Source: Streptomyces sp. NPDC020096 (GTDB taxonomy: Bacteria; Actinomycetota; Actinomycetes; Streptomycetales; Streptomycetaceae). From it: a stretch of 32,000 bases of DNA. Position 1 is the first letter of the stretch. Each line of letters starts with the position of its first letter. This document shows, piece by piece, positions 16,973 to 25,073 of this stretch. The DNA lies in the NCBI GenBank assembly GCA_040631425.1, contig JBEYJY010000009.1, positions 129,802-161,801 on the forward strand, given 5' to 3'. The translations under genes and the position numbers were made by a program. Under the pieces are notes generated by a model. The model did not search any database. It was given only the letters and a program-made list of their open reading frames with translations, and was not told the DNA's origin.

Positions 16973-18436
16973 ATGCAGCGCCCGAAAGATTTACGTGAAT
17001 ACCTCGCAGCCCTGCGAGACCTTGGCGATGTGGTGGATGTGAGCCGGCCGGTGGATCCGCGCCTGGAGCTGGGTGCCATCATTCGTCGAAGTTATGAGAC
17101 CCGCGCTCCCGCGCCGCTCTTCACTTCCTTGAAGGGGGTGGTCCCGGGACGTCGTGTCCTTGGTGCTCCCGCCGCGCTCAGTTCGGATCCGAAGCACCCC
17201 CTCTCCCGTGTCGCCCTCAGCCTGGGGCTTCCCGTGGAGACTTCCGGCGAGCAGGTCGTGGCACACATCGCTGAATCCAGGATGCGTCCAGCGACTCCCC
17301 CGGTGGAAGTCGAGACGGGACCTTGCAAGGAGAACATCCTGCTCGGCAAGGAGGCATCGCTGGAGGGCTTCCCCACTCCCTTGCTGCACGGCGGGGACGG
17401 CGGCAGATACATCAACACCTGGGGAGCGATCGTCGCCCGCACACCCGACGGCGAATTCACCAATTGGTCGATCGCACGGATCATGATGATCGACGGCACG
17501 CGCATGACAGGGCTGGTCTCCCAAGGACAGCATGTGCACAAGGTGTGGCAGCAGTGGGCGGCCCGCGGAGAGCCGATGCCTTACGCACTGGTTCAGGGTG
17601 GGGACCCGGCCCTCCCCTTCGTCACGGGGATGCCACTACCGGACGGAGTGGAGGAAGCAGGTTTCCTCGGCACTCTGACGGGCGAGCCCGTCGAGGTCGT
17701 CCGGTGCGAGACGGTGGACCTGATGGTGCCCGCGCGCGCCGAGATCGTGATCGAGGGACACCTGTCGCCCACCCTGGACGCCGACGAAGGGCCGATGGGG
17801 GAGTTCACCGGCTACATACCCGAGGGCAGCAGCCGGCAGCCCTGCTACATGATCGAGGCCATCACCCATCGTCATGACCCGATTTGGCCGCACGTCGTCG
17901 AGGGGCAGCCCGTCGATGAGTTCCACACCGCCTTCGGGCTCCCCTTCGCCGCCGAGCTCCTTGCGCATCTGCGCGCAGCGGGACTGCCCGTGACGACGGT
18001 GTGGTCCTCCCTCGAAAGCGCGAACCACTGGACCGCCATCACCGTGCCGCACACCTGGCGGGAGACACTGCCCGGCGCGACCTCGTATGACCTGGTCGAG
18101 AACATCGCCGACACACTGAGTTCGTGCCGCGCCTCCACCTGGCTCAATCGGACGTTCATCCTCGATGACGACATCGATCCCACCGATGCCGGCCAGCTCA
18201 CCTGGGCGCTCGCGACCCGATGGCACCCCACCGAGGGACACCACGTCCGCACCGGACTGATCGTTCCCCTGCTGGCGTGCTACACGCAGGCGGAGCGCAC
18301 CAAGGCCAGCGGTCCCAAGGCCTTCTACGACTGCCTCCTGCCGCCGCCTGGCGCCGGTCGACTGTCTCGGAGCTCCTTCGAGCACTGCTACCCCCAGGAC
18401 CTGCAGCGGAGGGTCATCGACCAATGGGCGACCTGA
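16973..18436 (+). CDS. UbiD-family (prFMN-dependent) decarboxylase, 487 aa
   Basis: DLREYLAALRDLGDVVDV..., GGRYINTWGAIV, and DEGPMGEFTGYIP....P.YMIEAITHRHDPIW match the UbiD/Fdc/VdcC family. AAGGGGAG RBS is present. Codon 7 is TTA (16991-16993). Confidence 0.9.
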   Translation: MQRPKDLREYLAALRDLGDVVDVSRPVDPRLELGAIIRRSYETRAPAPLFTSLKGVVPGRRVLGAPAALSSDPKHPLSRVALSLGLPVETSGEQVVAHIAESRMRPATPPVEVETGPCKENILLGKEASLEGFPTPLLHGGDGGRYINTWGAIVARTPDGEFTNWSIARIMMIDGTRMTGLVSQGQHVHKVWQQWAARGEPMPYALVQGGDPALPFVTGMPLPDGVEEAGFLGTLTGEPVEVVRCETVDLMVPARAEIVIEGHLSPTLDADEGPMGEFTGYIPEGSSRQPCYMIEAITHRHDPIWPHVVEGQPVDEFHTAFGLPFAAELLAHLRAAGLPVTTVWSSLESANHWTAITVPHTWRETLPGATSYDLVENIADTLSSCRASTWLNRTFILDDDIDPTDAGQLTWALATRWHPTEGHHVRTGLIVPLLACYTQAERTKASGPKAFYDCLLPPPGAGRLSRSSFEHCYPQDLQRRVIDQWAT

Positions 18437-18492
18437 CCATGCCCTCGTCCGTAACGGGTGGCGCGAGCACGCTGCGAAAGGACCGCTGAGAA

Positions 18493-19926
18493 ATGAGCTT
18501 CGCGACTCCTGCGTCCCGGCACGGACTACACACCGGGACGTCCACATGGGTGGATGAGCTGCTGCTTGCAGGACCGGATGAGGAGCCGGTCCTACAGCTC
18601 GGACAGGTGGTGGACCGTGCTGCGCTGCGCTCCACAGTCCAGTGCTTCCAACAGCTTCTGGAGGGGGCCGGATTGGTGCGCGGCGGGTCGGTGGTCCTGC
18701 GGCTCCCTCCGTCGCTGTCCTACATCGGCCATCTGCTTGCGGCGTGGCGGGTAGGCGCCCAGGTGACGGTTCTCGACCACCGGCTGACCGGGCGCGAGAC
18801 GGACACCGCAATGCATCAGATCAGGCCGCAGGTCTCCGTAACGCCCGACGGAACAGTCAAGGCGCTGCTTCGAGGCTATGTGGATGTCACGGCCCGCTAC
18901 GACCGGTTGGCGGGCGTCCCGGCCCGGAGCGACCACGCACTCGTCCAGCTGAGTTCCGGATCGACCGGAAACGCCAAGATCATCGGCCGGGAGGTCTCCG
19001 GTCTCGTCGAAGAAATCGACCGCTACCGCAGCATCGAGGGGATGCCGGGCCGAGGCGAACGCATAGTTCAACTCAGCTCCATCGCACACGCCTTCGGGAT
19101 GGTCGGCGGCCTGCTCCACAGCCTGCGTACGGGTGTCCTCCTCACCCTGCCGGAGCGCGTCAGCGCCGCCTCGATCGTCGAGGCCGTGGCCTGCAGACCG
19201 GAACCGGCCACCCTGCTCGGGGTGCCGTTCCACTTCGAACTGCTCACCGCCCGCGGCGAATCGCCGCGCCTTCCGCAGCTTGCCCGCGCTGTCACCGGCG
19301 GCGAGAAGATCCGCCCCGAGATCGCCCAGCGCTTCACCGAGCTCTACGGGATCGGGCTGGGAGAGTGCTACGGAACAACCGAGACCGGCTTTGTCGCCCT
19401 GGACGTGCTCGGCCGGAATCGTCCGGCCGTCGGCCCACCGGCTCCCGGTGTCCGGGTGCGGATCGAGCGGGGTGAACTCCTCATCGGCGCGCCGTCAAAC
19501 CCCTACCTGAGTGCCGGGCACACGGGTTCCTGGTCGGAGGGGTGGCTGCACACCCGCGACGCCGCCACCCGTGATGCGTGCACCGGTGTGGTGACGATCG
19601 TCGGCCGTCTGGACTCCCAGATCTCCATCGGTGGTTTGAAGGTCGACCTGACGGAAGTGGAGCGGACGCTCACCGCACTGCCCGGGGTACGCGAGGCGGT
19701 GGCACTGTTCGACAGACGCATCGTCGCCTACGTGGTTGCGGAGCCCGGCACGCATCCGGACCACGTCCATCGGGAGATGCGATCCCGGCTTGCCGCCTTC
19801 AAACGCCCCCGTGCGCTGCACCTGCTGGCGGAGCTCCCGCGCACAGCGAGCGGCAAGCTGGTGCGCGACCCGCACACGCTGCAGAACGCCGTGACCCGTT
19901 CCAGCGGGCCCAGCGGGACGAGCTGA
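18493..19926 (+). CDS. ANL-superfamily adenylating enzyme (AMP-dependent synthetase/ligase), 477 aa
   Basis: Motifs are QLSSGSTGNAKII (A3), GECYGTTETG (A5), WLHTRDAA (A7), GRLDSQISIGGLKVDLTEVE (A8) and PRTASGKLVR (A10). It lies directly upstream of the ACP gene. Confidence 0.85.
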   Translation: MSFATPASRHGLHTGTSTWVDELLLAGPDEEPVLQLGQVVDRAALRSTVQCFQQLLEGAGLVRGGSVVLRLPPSLSYIGHLLAAWRVGAQVTVLDHRLTGRETDTAMHQIRPQVSVTPDGTVKALLRGYVDVTARYDRLAGVPARSDHALVQLSSGSTGNAKIIGREVSGLVEEIDRYRSIEGMPGRGERIVQLSSIAHAFGMVGGLLHSLRTGVLLTLPERVSAASIVEAVACRPEPATLLGVPFHFELLTARGESPRLPQLARAVTGGEKIRPEIAQRFTELYGIGLGECYGTTETGFVALDVLGRNRPAVGPPAPGVRVRIERGELLIGAPSNPYLSAGHTGSWSEGWLHTRDAATRDACTGVVTIVGRLDSQISIGGLKVDLTEVERTLTALPGVREAVALFDRRIVAYVVAEPGTHPDHVHREMRSRLAAFKRPRALHLLAELPRTASGKLVRDPHTLQNAVTRSSGPSGTS

Positions 19927-20041
19927 GAAGGCCTCAGGGATACGGGCAGCGACATCAGCCCGGGCACGTGACCGCACACCAATGATCACCAACATCCGGG
20001 ATGCGTTCCCGGACCAATCCGAACCAGGAGAACACCGCACC

Positions 20042-20299
20042 ATGGCCACGTTCACACTGCAGTTCGTCGTCGATGTCCTCAGCGAACTCAACTACGACAC
20101 CGACGAGATCCATGACGACACCCTGCTGGGCCCGGACGGACTGGACCTCGATTCGCTCAGCCTTGCAGAGATCCTGATGCGAGCCGAAGACGCCTTCGGC
20201 ATCCACGTCGAGGATGACGAGATCGAAGAGCTGGCGGGCATGACGGCCGGCGCCTTCGTTGCGGCTCTGGCCACGCACGCAGGGCGGCAGACGGCATGA
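20042..20299 (+). CDS. Acyl carrier protein, 85 aa
   Basis: GPDGLDLDSLSLAEILMRAEDAFGIHV carries the DSL phosphopantetheine site. The ATG follows CCAGGAGAA. The stop overlaps the next start (ATGA at 20296). Confidence 0.85.
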   Translation: MATFTLQFVVDVLSELNYDTDEIHDDTLLGPDGLDLDSLSLAEILMRAEDAFGIHVEDDEIEELAGMTAGAFVAALATHAGRQTA

Positions 20300-21522
20300 C
20301 GACGCCCCCGCCGGTGCGCTCGGCCGCACCGCCCATCGACCCGTCACCCCCGGAACGGACCGCAATGACCCACGGGACCCGAACCAGCCCGGGCGCCCCT
20401 CGACACCCAGTCATGGTGACGGGCCTGGCCGTACTCTCAGGCTTCGGGCGCGGCACCGAGCCGCTGCTGCAACGGGCCTTCGACGGTGCGACGGCCTTCC
20501 GGACCGTGCGACGCTTCGGAACGCGAGACGACCAACACGGGGTTGCCGCCGTGTACGAGGACGCAGGGTCGCTGCTCGACGAGCTCGCCACGGTGACCGA
20601 CCAGGCCTGTTCGATGGCCGGCCTGGCGCGTCCGCAACGCGGCACCACACCGCTGTTCCTCGCTGTTCAGCAGGACCACGAGGAATTCCGCAGGGCCATC
20701 GTCGCCCCCGACACGGGCGGGGCTCGCAGCTCGGCACTGGCCCTTGCCGAGCGTTGCGGGCTGAGCGCCAAGCGCGTTTACACCAATGCCTGTACGGCTT
20801 CGAGCACGGCCGTGGCAGAGGCCGCCTCCTTGATTGCCTCGGGGGACACCGATCGCGCGGTCGTCGCAAGCGGCTACCTCGTCGACCCGGATGGCTACGG
20901 CCTCTTCGCCGCCGGGGCAATGAGCGATGACGGACACATCCGGCCTTTCAGCGCCCATCGCCGAGGCCTGCTCCTCGGAGACGCCGTCGGGGCGGTCGTC
21001 CTGGAATCGGAGGCCGCGGCACGGCGATCCGGCAGCCAGCCGCTGGCCCGCCTCGCGGGTTGGTCCCGGTCCGGAGACGCCTACCACATGTGCCGCCCCC
21101 ATCCCGGAGGCGCAGGGATGGCCCGCGTCATCACCAGTGCGCTCGCCCGGGCAGGCATCACGCCTGACGCAGTCGACTACGTGAACGCACACGGCACCGG
21201 CACTGTGCACAACGATGCCGCCGAAAGCGCCGCGCTCCACCTCGCCCTGGGCGCCCATGCCCCCCGGGTGGCGGTCAGCTCCACCAAGTCCGTGCACGGC
21301 CATGCCCTGGAGGCCGCTGGCATGCTCGAACTGGTCATGACCGTGCTGGCTCTGCGGTCAGGACGGCTGCCCGTCAATGCCGGCTTCCTGGAGGCCGACG
21401 ACACGTGCACACTCAATCTCGTGCTCGGCGGGCCGCGGAAAACCCCCGCCCCTCGATACGCCATAAGCCTCAATGCTGCCTTCGGCGGCGCCAACACCGC
21501 GCTGGTGGTGGGGCAGCCATGA
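20296..21522 (+). CDS. Beta-ketoacyl-ACP synthase (KAS I/II or KS-alpha type) with Cys-His-His triad
   Basis: Motifs are VMVTGLAVLSGFG, TNACTASS (active Cys), VNAHGTGT, KSVHGHALEAAG and AFGGANTALVV. An alternative start is ATG 20365. Confidence 0.9.
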   Translation: MTTPPPVRSAAPPIDPSPPERTAMTHGTRTSPGAPRHPVMVTGLAVLSGFGRGTEPLLQRAFDGATAFRTVRRFGTRDDQHGVAAVYEDAGSLLDELATVTDQACSMAGLARPQRGTTPLFLAVQQDHEEFRRAIVAPDTGGARSSALALAERCGLSAKRVYTNACTASSTAVAEAASLIASGDTDRAVVASGYLVDPDGYGLFAAGAMSDDGHIRPFSAHRRGLLLGDAVGAVVLESEAAARRSGSQPLARLAGWSRSGDAYHMCRPHPGGAGMARVITSALARAGITPDAVDYVNAHGTGTVHNDAAESAALHLALGAHAPRVAVSSTKSVHGHALEAAGMLELVMTVLALRSGRLPVNAGFLEADDTCTLNLVLGGPRKTPAPRYAISLNAAFGGANTALVVGQP

Positions 21523-22094
21523 GGTTACGCCCTTCGGTATCGGCGACCGATCACCTCACTGCAGCCGGCATGACACTCCGCGGTCAAGGACACGCGGCCG
21601 CCGCACCGGGCGAGCCACTTCCGCCCCTGCGCGGATTCACCGGCTCGACGTTCAGCCCGGCCGCTGCCGCTGCCGCAGCAGCATGTATGCATGATCAACC
21701 GGCAGACGCTGCAGGGGCCTTCCGTACCGCCGTGATCCTGGTGAGCGTCCTCGGTGACATTCCCACCGCACGGACCTACGCCTCGGAAGTCGACAGGGGA
21801 CAGCGGGTGCCGCCCAGAATCTTCGGCACCTCCACCCCGAACTCCGTCATAGGGCACATTGCCCCCCGCTGGGGACTGAACGGGCCAGTGGTCTCGGTCA
21901 GCCCGCTGGGTCCACCGCTCGACGAGGGAGTCGAGCTGGCCACCCACCTTGCCCAGGACGGTGACGCCAACCGCTTCCTGATCATTCTGATCGACCCGAT
22001 CGACGTCCGCGCTGAGCAGTACGAGGCGACCGCGCTCCTGCTCACCGTCGACACCCACCCCCTGTCCGACGCTGCATCCGTGGAGACAGCATGA
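21519..22094 (+). CDS. Short KS-N-terminal-like protein lacking the active-site Cys (possible chain-length-factor-like partner), 191 aa
   Basis: It has ATGA overlaps at both ends (21519 and 22091). PNSVIGHIAPRWGLNGPVVSVSPLGPPLDEGVELA resembles the KS segment that normally ends in GP..t.d.ACSS, but reads SPLG instead of ACSS. Codon 3 is TTA (21525-21527). Confidence 0.6.
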   Translation: MRLRPSVSATDHLTAAGMTLRGQGHAAAAPGEPLPPLRGFTGSTFSPAAAAAAAACMHDQPADAAGAFRTAVILVSVLGDIPTARTYASEVDRGQRVPPRIFGTSTPNSVIGHIAPRWGLNGPVVSVSPLGPPLDEGVELATHLAQDGDANRFLIILIDPIDVRAEQYEATALLLTVDTHPLSDAASVETA

Positions 22095-23686
22095 GCGGCA
22101 CCCGCAGCATCCGCGGCGTCCTCGCTGCAGACACCCATCTCGGCGCCGGCAATGTCATCGAACGGCTCTTGGAGCATGGCGTCGGGCGTGACGAGCCCGC
22201 CCTGACCTTCGACACACGGATCGACTCGCACCCTGCCTGGCAGCCGCTGTCACTAGGCGAGCTGGACCGGTGCGTCGCGCGCCGCGCGGCCGGGCTGCGC
22301 GCTCGCGGCATCGGCAGAAGGGACGTGCTCGCCGTCTGCTCGGCACACGCACCCGACTACGTCCTGACGCTTTTTGCGGCCAACCGTCTTGGAGCCATCC
22401 CCGCCTTCGTCAACAACCGCCTTGACGAGGGCACCAGCATCGCCTACCTGCGCCACATCGAGCCCACTGCGATTCTCGCCGACCCGGCTCACCGGATGGT
22501 TTGGTCACAGCACGACCTGGGGGCGTCCCGCCTGTACGCCGTCGAGGACCTGGCCGACGAGCACCCGGAGCCCGAGGTCCCACCGTATCGGCACCGCGCC
22601 GATGACCCTGTTGTCCTCACCCATTCCTCTGGCACCACCGGGATGCCCAAGGCCGTCATCTCCACGCACGCGAGCCTGTTCGCCGGATTGCGGCACTGGC
22701 TGAGGCGACCGCGCGCCCAAGGCAGCGAACGCATGCTCAGCGTCCTGCCGATGCACAATTCCATGCTGGCCGCGGTGCTTTCGGCGCTGTGCAACCGATC
22801 GCAGTACCTCCAGTTGTCGTCCCAGGAAGGCGCGAGTGCCCTCGACGCCATCGAGCGATGGCGGCCATCCGGGATCTACGGGTTTCCCGGCACCTGGGTG
22901 GAGATGCTGGCCCTGCAACCCTCGCCCGACCAACTCCGTTCGGTACGCGCCTGGTGGAACACCGGAGACAGCGCGCACGAGGCCCACATCCGCCGCCTCA
23001 TCAGCTTCGGCCAGCATGAGGAGGCAACTGCCCAGGGGCGTCGGACCGTTGACGGGTCGATATTCATCGACGGCTTCGGATCCTCGGAAATGGGGCACTC
23101 ACAGTTCTCCATCATCCACCGCCCGGGCACCGACCACTACAACCGCTGCATCGGCCTTCCCCACTCATTCGCCGAAGCCAGGGTTCTGGGGGCCGACGGA
23201 CACCCCGTGCCCGACGGCCGCGTCGGCCAGTTGGCCGTGCGGTCCCCCACTCTGTTCGCCGGCTACTGGAATGATTCGGCCAGGAGCTACCGGTCGCGCC
23301 ACGACGGGTTCTACCTCACGGGAGACCTCGGCTACCGGGACGACAGGGGCTACTACTACCACGTCGACCGGACGGCTGATGCGGTGCAGGCGGCGACCGG
23401 CACGCGGATCTACACGACGCTCATCGAAGAGCAGATCCTTGCCCGATGCCCCGACCTCCTCGACTGCACGGTGGTCGCCTCCGACCTCGACGGTGAACCG
23501 CACACCGAGATTCTGCTGACGCTCCGCCCCGAGGCTCAGTGCGACCCCGAATTGGACTACGAGACACACATTCTCGGGATTCTGGACGCAGCCGTAGCCC
23601 GGACCGTAAAAACCATCCGCATCGCCGGTAGACGGATTCCCGTAGGGGCGACCGGAAAGGTGCGCAAGTTCCAACTCCGGGTGTGA
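22091..23686 (+). CDS. Second ANL-superfamily adenylating enzyme, 531 aa
   Basis: Motifs are LTHSSGTTGMPKAV (A3), DGFGSSEMG (A5), YLTGDLGYRDDRGYYYHVDRTAD (A7/A8) and GATGKVRKFQL (A10). Confidence 0.85.
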   Translation: MSGTRSIRGVLAADTHLGAGNVIERLLEHGVGRDEPALTFDTRIDSHPAWQPLSLGELDRCVARRAAGLRARGIGRRDVLAVCSAHAPDYVLTLFAANRLGAIPAFVNNRLDEGTSIAYLRHIEPTAILADPAHRMVWSQHDLGASRLYAVEDLADEHPEPEVPPYRHRADDPVVLTHSSGTTGMPKAVISTHASLFAGLRHWLRRPRAQGSERMLSVLPMHNSMLAAVLSALCNRSQYLQLSSQEGASALDAIERWRPSGIYGFPGTWVEMLALQPSPDQLRSVRAWWNTGDSAHEAHIRRLISFGQHEEATAQGRRTVDGSIFIDGFGSSEMGHSQFSIIHRPGTDHYNRCIGLPHSFAEARVLGADGHPVPDGRVGQLAVRSPTLFAGYWNDSARSYRSRHDGFYLTGDLGYRDDRGYYYHVDRTADAVQAATGTRIYTTLIEEQILARCPDLLDCTVVASDLDGEPHTEILLTLRPEAQCDPELDYETHILGILDAAVARTVKTIRIAGRRIPVGATGKVRKFQLRV

Positions 23687-23797
23687 GGGTGGGCCACGTC
23701 TTCGACCCCTCGGGCGAGTTTGATCGCGAGCGCCGGTAAGCCGTGCGCGTGTGCGCATGCGCTCTTTGTGCAGTCCCAAGATCGACGAGAGACAGAG

Positions 23798-24337
23798 ATG
23801 ACACCTTCCCCTGAACCACCCTTCGTGCAATTCTGGTGGCTCCATGACGCACGCTGGTACCAGGGTGTGCTCAAGAGGTTCGGCCCTGACGCCGCCAATG
23901 AAATCAACGAAGAAGCCGCGAAGTTCGTGGCCCGACGCGTCGCGAGGTGGTGCGCCGGACGATACGGGATCAGCCTCGGAGAGCAGTCACTTGAGGAATT
24001 CCTGAAGGAATTCTCCCGGATACCTGCCGTCATGTTCCCTGACGACGGTCATATGCGGGTCAAGCACGCCGTGCTCAACCCGATGGCCTGGGAGACCGTC
24101 GTCTCCGACGTCTTTCCCAAACGCATGCTCCGCGCGGCAGGAACGCAGGACGAGTACCGCTGTCCGTGCCAGGGGATACGGTCCGGCTTTTTTGAGGGCG
24201 TCGGGCTGAAATGCCGCGACGAGCGGCTGGAGTGCGAGCTTGAGGGCGGCCAGGCCTGCCGATTCCGCACGACCTTGACGTCCCGGGAGGAAACCGGCGG
24301 CGTTGAGGACGCACCCGCGGACGAAGCCGCACGATGA
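23798..24337 (+). CDS. Small Cys-rich protein, possibly of the ATC-hydrolase-like family (tentative), 179 aa
   Basis: Good coding statistics. The N-terminal part is FVQFWWLHDARWYQGV. The C-terminal part is YRCPCQGIRSGFFEGVGLKCRDERLECELEGGQACRFR, which resembles the ...C..D......G...C.Fr ending I associate with that family. This is from memory and unverified. The stop overlaps the next start (ATGA at 24334). Confidence 0.6.
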   Translation: MTPSPEPPFVQFWWLHDARWYQGVLKRFGPDAANEINEEAAKFVARRVARWCAGRYGISLGEQSLEEFLKEFSRIPAVMFPDDGHMRVKHAVLNPMAWETVVSDVFPKRMLRAAGTQDEYRCPCQGIRSGFFEGVGLKCRDERLECELEGGQACRFRTTLTSREETGGVEDAPADEAAR

Positions 24338-25044
24338 GCGAGTCCCAGCACTTGCCGTCGACGGCTGCCGACGCGCTCGATGTCCCGGAAACCACCTCCT
24401 TGGCTCCGGGCAACGGCCTGCCCAAGCCGACGCGGGCCGACCTGTGGTGCGATCCCGTGTGCCCGTGGGCCTGGGCGACGGCCCGCTGGCTCGGAGATGT
24501 CGGCCGCCACCGACCACTGGAGCTGCGGTTCCGGGTCATGAGCCTGGCCGTCCTGAACGAGCAGAAGGACGACACCAGCCTGCGGTACCGGCTGCTCGCC
24601 CGGCACGGATGGGGGCCTGCCCGCCTTTGCATCGCCGCCGAACAGCAATACGGGCCCGCGGCGCTGGCCCGTCTGTATCCGGCGCTCGCGCGCCGGTTCC
24701 ACCACAAACCCGTCCAGCGCGGAGCCACCGCCCTGCGGGACGCGCTGGACGAGGCACAGCTGCCCGGTGAACTGATCCACGCGGCGCGATCGGACGCCTT
24801 CGACCAGGCACTGCGGGCCAGTCATCACGCCGCGCAGGCCGCATACGGTGCGGATGCCGGGACGCCGCTGCTGCGGCTGCGCGATGCGCAAGACCGCACC
24901 GTCACCCTCTTCGGCCCGGTGCTGGAGCACGTGCCCCAAGGCGTGGATGCAGTCCGTGCGTGGGATGCCCTGACCACGTTGACGCACGTCGACGGCTTTC
25001 GCGAGGTCAAGCGCCATCGCGGGAGTGAACCGGTGCTCGACTGA
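24334..25044 (+). CDS. DsbA-family thioredoxin-fold protein of the Rv2466c (mycothiol-dependent reductase) type, active site CPWA
   Basis: It is colinear with my recollection of M. tuberculosis Rv2466c: W.DP.CPW.W, F.VMSLA.LNE, WGP.R..IAAEQ, SHHA, GTP, FGPVL...P.G..A...WDA and F.E.KR.R. Here the motif reads LWCDPVCPWAWATARW. Confidence 0.85.
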   Translation: MSESQHLPSTAADALDVPETTSLAPGNGLPKPTRADLWCDPVCPWAWATARWLGDVGRHRPLELRFRVMSLAVLNEQKDDTSLRYRLLARHGWGPARLCIAAEQQYGPAALARLYPALARRFHHKPVQRGATALRDALDEAQLPGELIHAARSDAFDQALRASHHAAQAAYGADAGTPLLRLRDAQDRTVTLFGPVLEHVPQGVDAVRAWDALTTLTHVDGFREVKRHRGSEPVLD

Positions 25045-25073
25045 GATCGCCACTGCGCGGGCCAACAGACGCC

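Noticed and set aside
17636-18811. 391-aa minus-strand ORF across the UbiD / ligase junction
   Set aside because: It spans two well-supported plus-strand genes and an intergenic gap, and has no motifs. It is a shadow ORF.
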